Positions 61,601 through 64,000 of a DNA stretch of 64,000 nt are shown here, in pieces; position 1 is the stretch's first letter, and each line of letters opens with the position of its first letter. This stretch comes from Orbicella franksi (lineage: Eukaryota). The translations under genes were made by a program, and so were the position numbers. The notes under the pieces were generated by a model. It had not been told where the DNA came from. It saw only the letters and a list, made by a program, of their open reading frames with translations, and searched no databases. The stretch lies in assembly GCA_964199315.1 (NCBI GenBank), contig OZ116704.1:14198001-14262000 (forward strand), given 5' to 3'.

Positions 61601-64000
61601 TGTACAGCCGCCATCTTTTTTCCTACGGTGGATTCTGAGCACTAATTTTCACAAACCAGTATGTTGGTCGTCCCTGGGTGATCTCACAGTCTTTCCGAAG
61701 CTGCTGGCTGTCAAGTCTCCTGGAAGCTTCAAAGCATCGTACGCGCCGCCGTAGATGTCTTTTACCTTAAAATAAAATACTCGTTGATTACTCTCTCTTA
61801 ATCAGCTTACAAAATTCCACCACTGCAAAGCTATACAACTTCCTTACCAGCATATCTACACTTTGGTGGTGACCTTTCGTTGCAAGCTCAAGCAACTCGT
61901 CGAAACCCTTCAATTTCAAAGTTCAAAACAAGAATTTATGAGCTCTCTGCCGTTACTAAATAAAATCTTAGAACTTAATATAAACTTCTATCAGTCAACT
62001 AACAAGTGTTTACGAGTAAAAATCGGAGCGGAGATTGCGAGCAATCTAGCAAAGGTCCCGAGGGAATAACGCAAACGAACGAGCGGAGGCGCAGCTCTGT
62101 TCGTCTACGTTCTTCACTGCGAATTTCCCAGCAAACTAGAGAGACTGCATGCCAGCTAAGATCCGGAGCACCACTACCATGACCAATTGGAAGTTAATGC
62201 TTGCCTAATACTTTAGTTAACTGAAAACTTCAATAAGTCAATAGCAGGTAACTTAACCGCTACAGCAAATTTGAAAAGCTACCATCTCAGTACCTTAGCA
62301 CTTGTGAGGAGGGAACCCAGGCCCCAGAATGTTCCTCCACCCATGCTCGTCCCACCAACTCGTTCAAACTTGTTCTCGGATTCCACCTACAGATAATACG
62401 GGTCATGTAAGTAAAAGCAAAATTCTATTAACAAGTCTTCTGAACTATTTACATAGCTTTCAAAGAGCTAATCGTGGACTCAAAGACGTATTTTTGTAAT
62501 TGTAAAAGTGAGACTAATTCTATGTTCTACAAAATTGACAGCTGTTTCAATTCTTCCCTGAAACAAGACCACATTGTTGAAGCTGGGCCTTTTTTCATTA
62601 CTACGAGATTGTCTTGCGCGGTCCTTTATACACCTTAGTATGACTTCTTGGGAAAGATCCTACAGTGTTCTTCTCAAACTCATTAATTTAAACAAAGGAA
62701 ATCATGACCGTGACGGTGTTTGGATATCTGGTCTTAATTAGCATAGATTTTAAGATTTTAATTCTCCATTTCCTCCTTAGGTTTAGTTTCGATTAAGAAG
62801 ATATATCAAAAACTCAAGATAGTGTTTGACCACCTTTCTAAACACCACGAAGAGAGTTGAAAATATGACGCGCAGCGGAGAATTTTTGGAAATGTGGTCA
62901 AACACTGTCTTGAGTGTTTGATATATTACTGGAAGGCAAAATCATTTCAATGTTATAAAAAAAAACCTCTTCTCAGTTTCTGACGCTATTGGGGAGGTAA
63001 AGACAGTACAGCGATACTTACAGTATTTTTTACGGAAAAGTGGGACATTTGATGCTCAATGATTTGCGGCAATTTTAAATCCGAAATATTCTTGGATAAC
63101 ATACAAGTTAACAGTACGAGGTAAAACATTTCGTTGGTAAAATTCGAGGGAAGGTGTCAGGAATTATCTTTTTTGTTTCCCATCCAAAATTCTCTTCATC
63201 GATTTTCTCACAGACTGCAACGTAGAGTTTCCAGACAAATGCGGGGAAAGTATTCTATAAATTACATTTTGTGCTTTCTTAGGTCCTCTACATTTCTCAA
63301 ATTGCATCAGTAAAATCTTTTGCATGATATCTCAAGTTTTGTGTTCATACGTGTTTCAGAATTTGAATTTCGCAAAAATTGTTGAGCATAGCCCGACGCT
63401 TTCCATTTAACCAAAAATTGCGAAAATTTCAAAATGGGTACAAATGGTAAGAAAATTTCCTGAGAAAGTTTCCGGAGAATTCGGAAGTTTTTGAATTTCC
63501 GAAAAGCGAGCCGCAAATTCCGGTAAGAAATGTCCAAAAATTTCGGTATATCTCGCAAGGTTGTCCTCAGTTCCGGAAACTCCAGAGAATGCTGTTCCAT
63601 TCCACTGGAAATTTCCGGAAAGAACCCTTGGGTTTCCAACTTTGCCTCATACGTTTACTGTGCTTTTCGCCCAGCCAAGATGGCTTTATCCTCGACCACC
63701 CAGGGGCTGCTAGTCGGGACAGAGATATTTTCGGGCGAAAGTTTACTCTACCGCTCTTGAAGTTAACTTTCGCGCGAAAATATTGCATCGTCCCGACTAG
63801 CAGCCCCTGGTCTCCGAGGATGAGATGGCGTCAGACACTGTTTAACGGTCTGTGTCCACGTTAATTACCTTGATCATACTGACTCCAGAGCCAATATTTA
63901 CTATGAGGTAGGGAAATATTTCTGAATGATTGAGATCTTGGAAGACGTATGGAGGACTTTGCTCTTTATGAAATGCAAACACTTCATTAGAAATGTGTTT
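53339..64000 (-). CDS. PANK4: Pantothenate kinase 4 (type II PanK domain fused to a DUF89/ARMT1-like phosphatase); 5' end outside the window; 19 exons: 64000-63869, 62386-62294, 61907-61848, 61765-61657, 60705-60638, 60308-60189, 59526-59445, 58802-58693, 58537-58382, 58268-58156, 57747-57660, 57195-57044, 56850-56798, 56535-56486, 55981-55877, 55599-55499, 55216-55148, 54441-54373, 53480-53339
   Basis: All exons have GT-AG boundaries and compatible phases (1872 nt, 623 aa). Motifs match recalled PANK4: [99 protein letters not shown]. The 58802 acceptor was chosen to fit phase and is less certain. Confidence 0.93.
53530..54347. mobile_element. Kolobok-type non-autonomous element in the last PANK4 intron
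   Basis: TTAA on both sides (53526-53529, 54348-54351), GAGT.CCTG termini and about 120-bp subterminal inverted repeats. Absent in the paralogous introns (about 34745 and 44845). Confidence 0.75.
54692..54807. mobile_element. 116-bp near-perfect hairpin MITE with a 9-bp TSD
   Basis: TAGTCTCCTCCGCAGCCG...CGGCTGCGGAGGAGACTA flanked by CGATTTTCC on both sides (54683-54691, 54808-54816). Confidence 0.85.
56057..56089. mobile_element. 33-bp mini-element with 8-bp TIRs and a 9-bp TSD
   Basis: TAGCCTGC...GCAGGCTA flanked by GACGAGCGT on both sides (56048-56056, 56090-56098). Confidence 0.75.
56099..56440. repeat. Degenerate (GAAC)n microsatellite in PANK4 intron 14
   Basis: About 340 nt of GAAC/AAAC/GAAT units. 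Confidence 0.95.
60995..61312. repeat. Interspersed non-autonomous repeat with internal inverted repeats; family uncertain
   Basis: TTATTGACCAAG...CAAGATGGCTGGATATTGGCC pairs with GGCCAATATCCAGCCATCTTGACC...TTGGTCAATAA; intronic, no coding potential. Confidence 0.55.
63687..63822. mobile_element. 136-bp palindromic MITE with a near-perfect 9-bp TSD
   Basis: TATCCTCG..CCAGGGGCTGCTAGTCGGGAC ... GTCCCGACTAGCAGCCCCTGG..CGAGGATG, flanked by AGATGGCTT / AGATGGCGT. Confidence 0.7.

Noticed and set aside
1-64000. CRISPR array, rRNA, bona fide tRNA, prokaryotic operon
   Set aside because: No regularly spaced repeat-spacer array or rRNA was seen. The only tRNA-like sequence is a SINE head, and the genes are spliced.

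Overview
This is eukaryotic (animal) genomic DNA, not prokaryotic. It has GT-AG spliced multi-exon genes, a tRNA-derived SINE and many MITEs; the gene and repeat content suggests a cnidarian, probably a stony coral (inference). From left to right: (1) a decayed SF3-helicase, small-DNA-virus-like element running off the left edge; (2) a 5'-partial duplicate and an intact 3-exon secreted PL8 chondroitin-ABC-lyase-like gene of bacterial type; (3) a transposon pile-up: Academ remnant, Penelope inverted-pLTR fragment with two hammerhead ribozymes, Harbinger/Myb remnant with a full-length DIRS1 inserted; (4) a ~28 kb tandem array (about 28.5-56.1 kb) of the 3' end of PANK4. Two intact genes for a type II membrane collagen-Ig-fibrinogen-like protein, plus one orphan first exon, sit inside the duplicated PANK4 intron, while the functional PANK4 copy lacks the nested gene; (5) the functional PANK4 gene on the minus strand, with 19 exons visible and the 5' end beyond the window. 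All exon models and protein identities come from manual reading and recalled family motifs, not from database searches.
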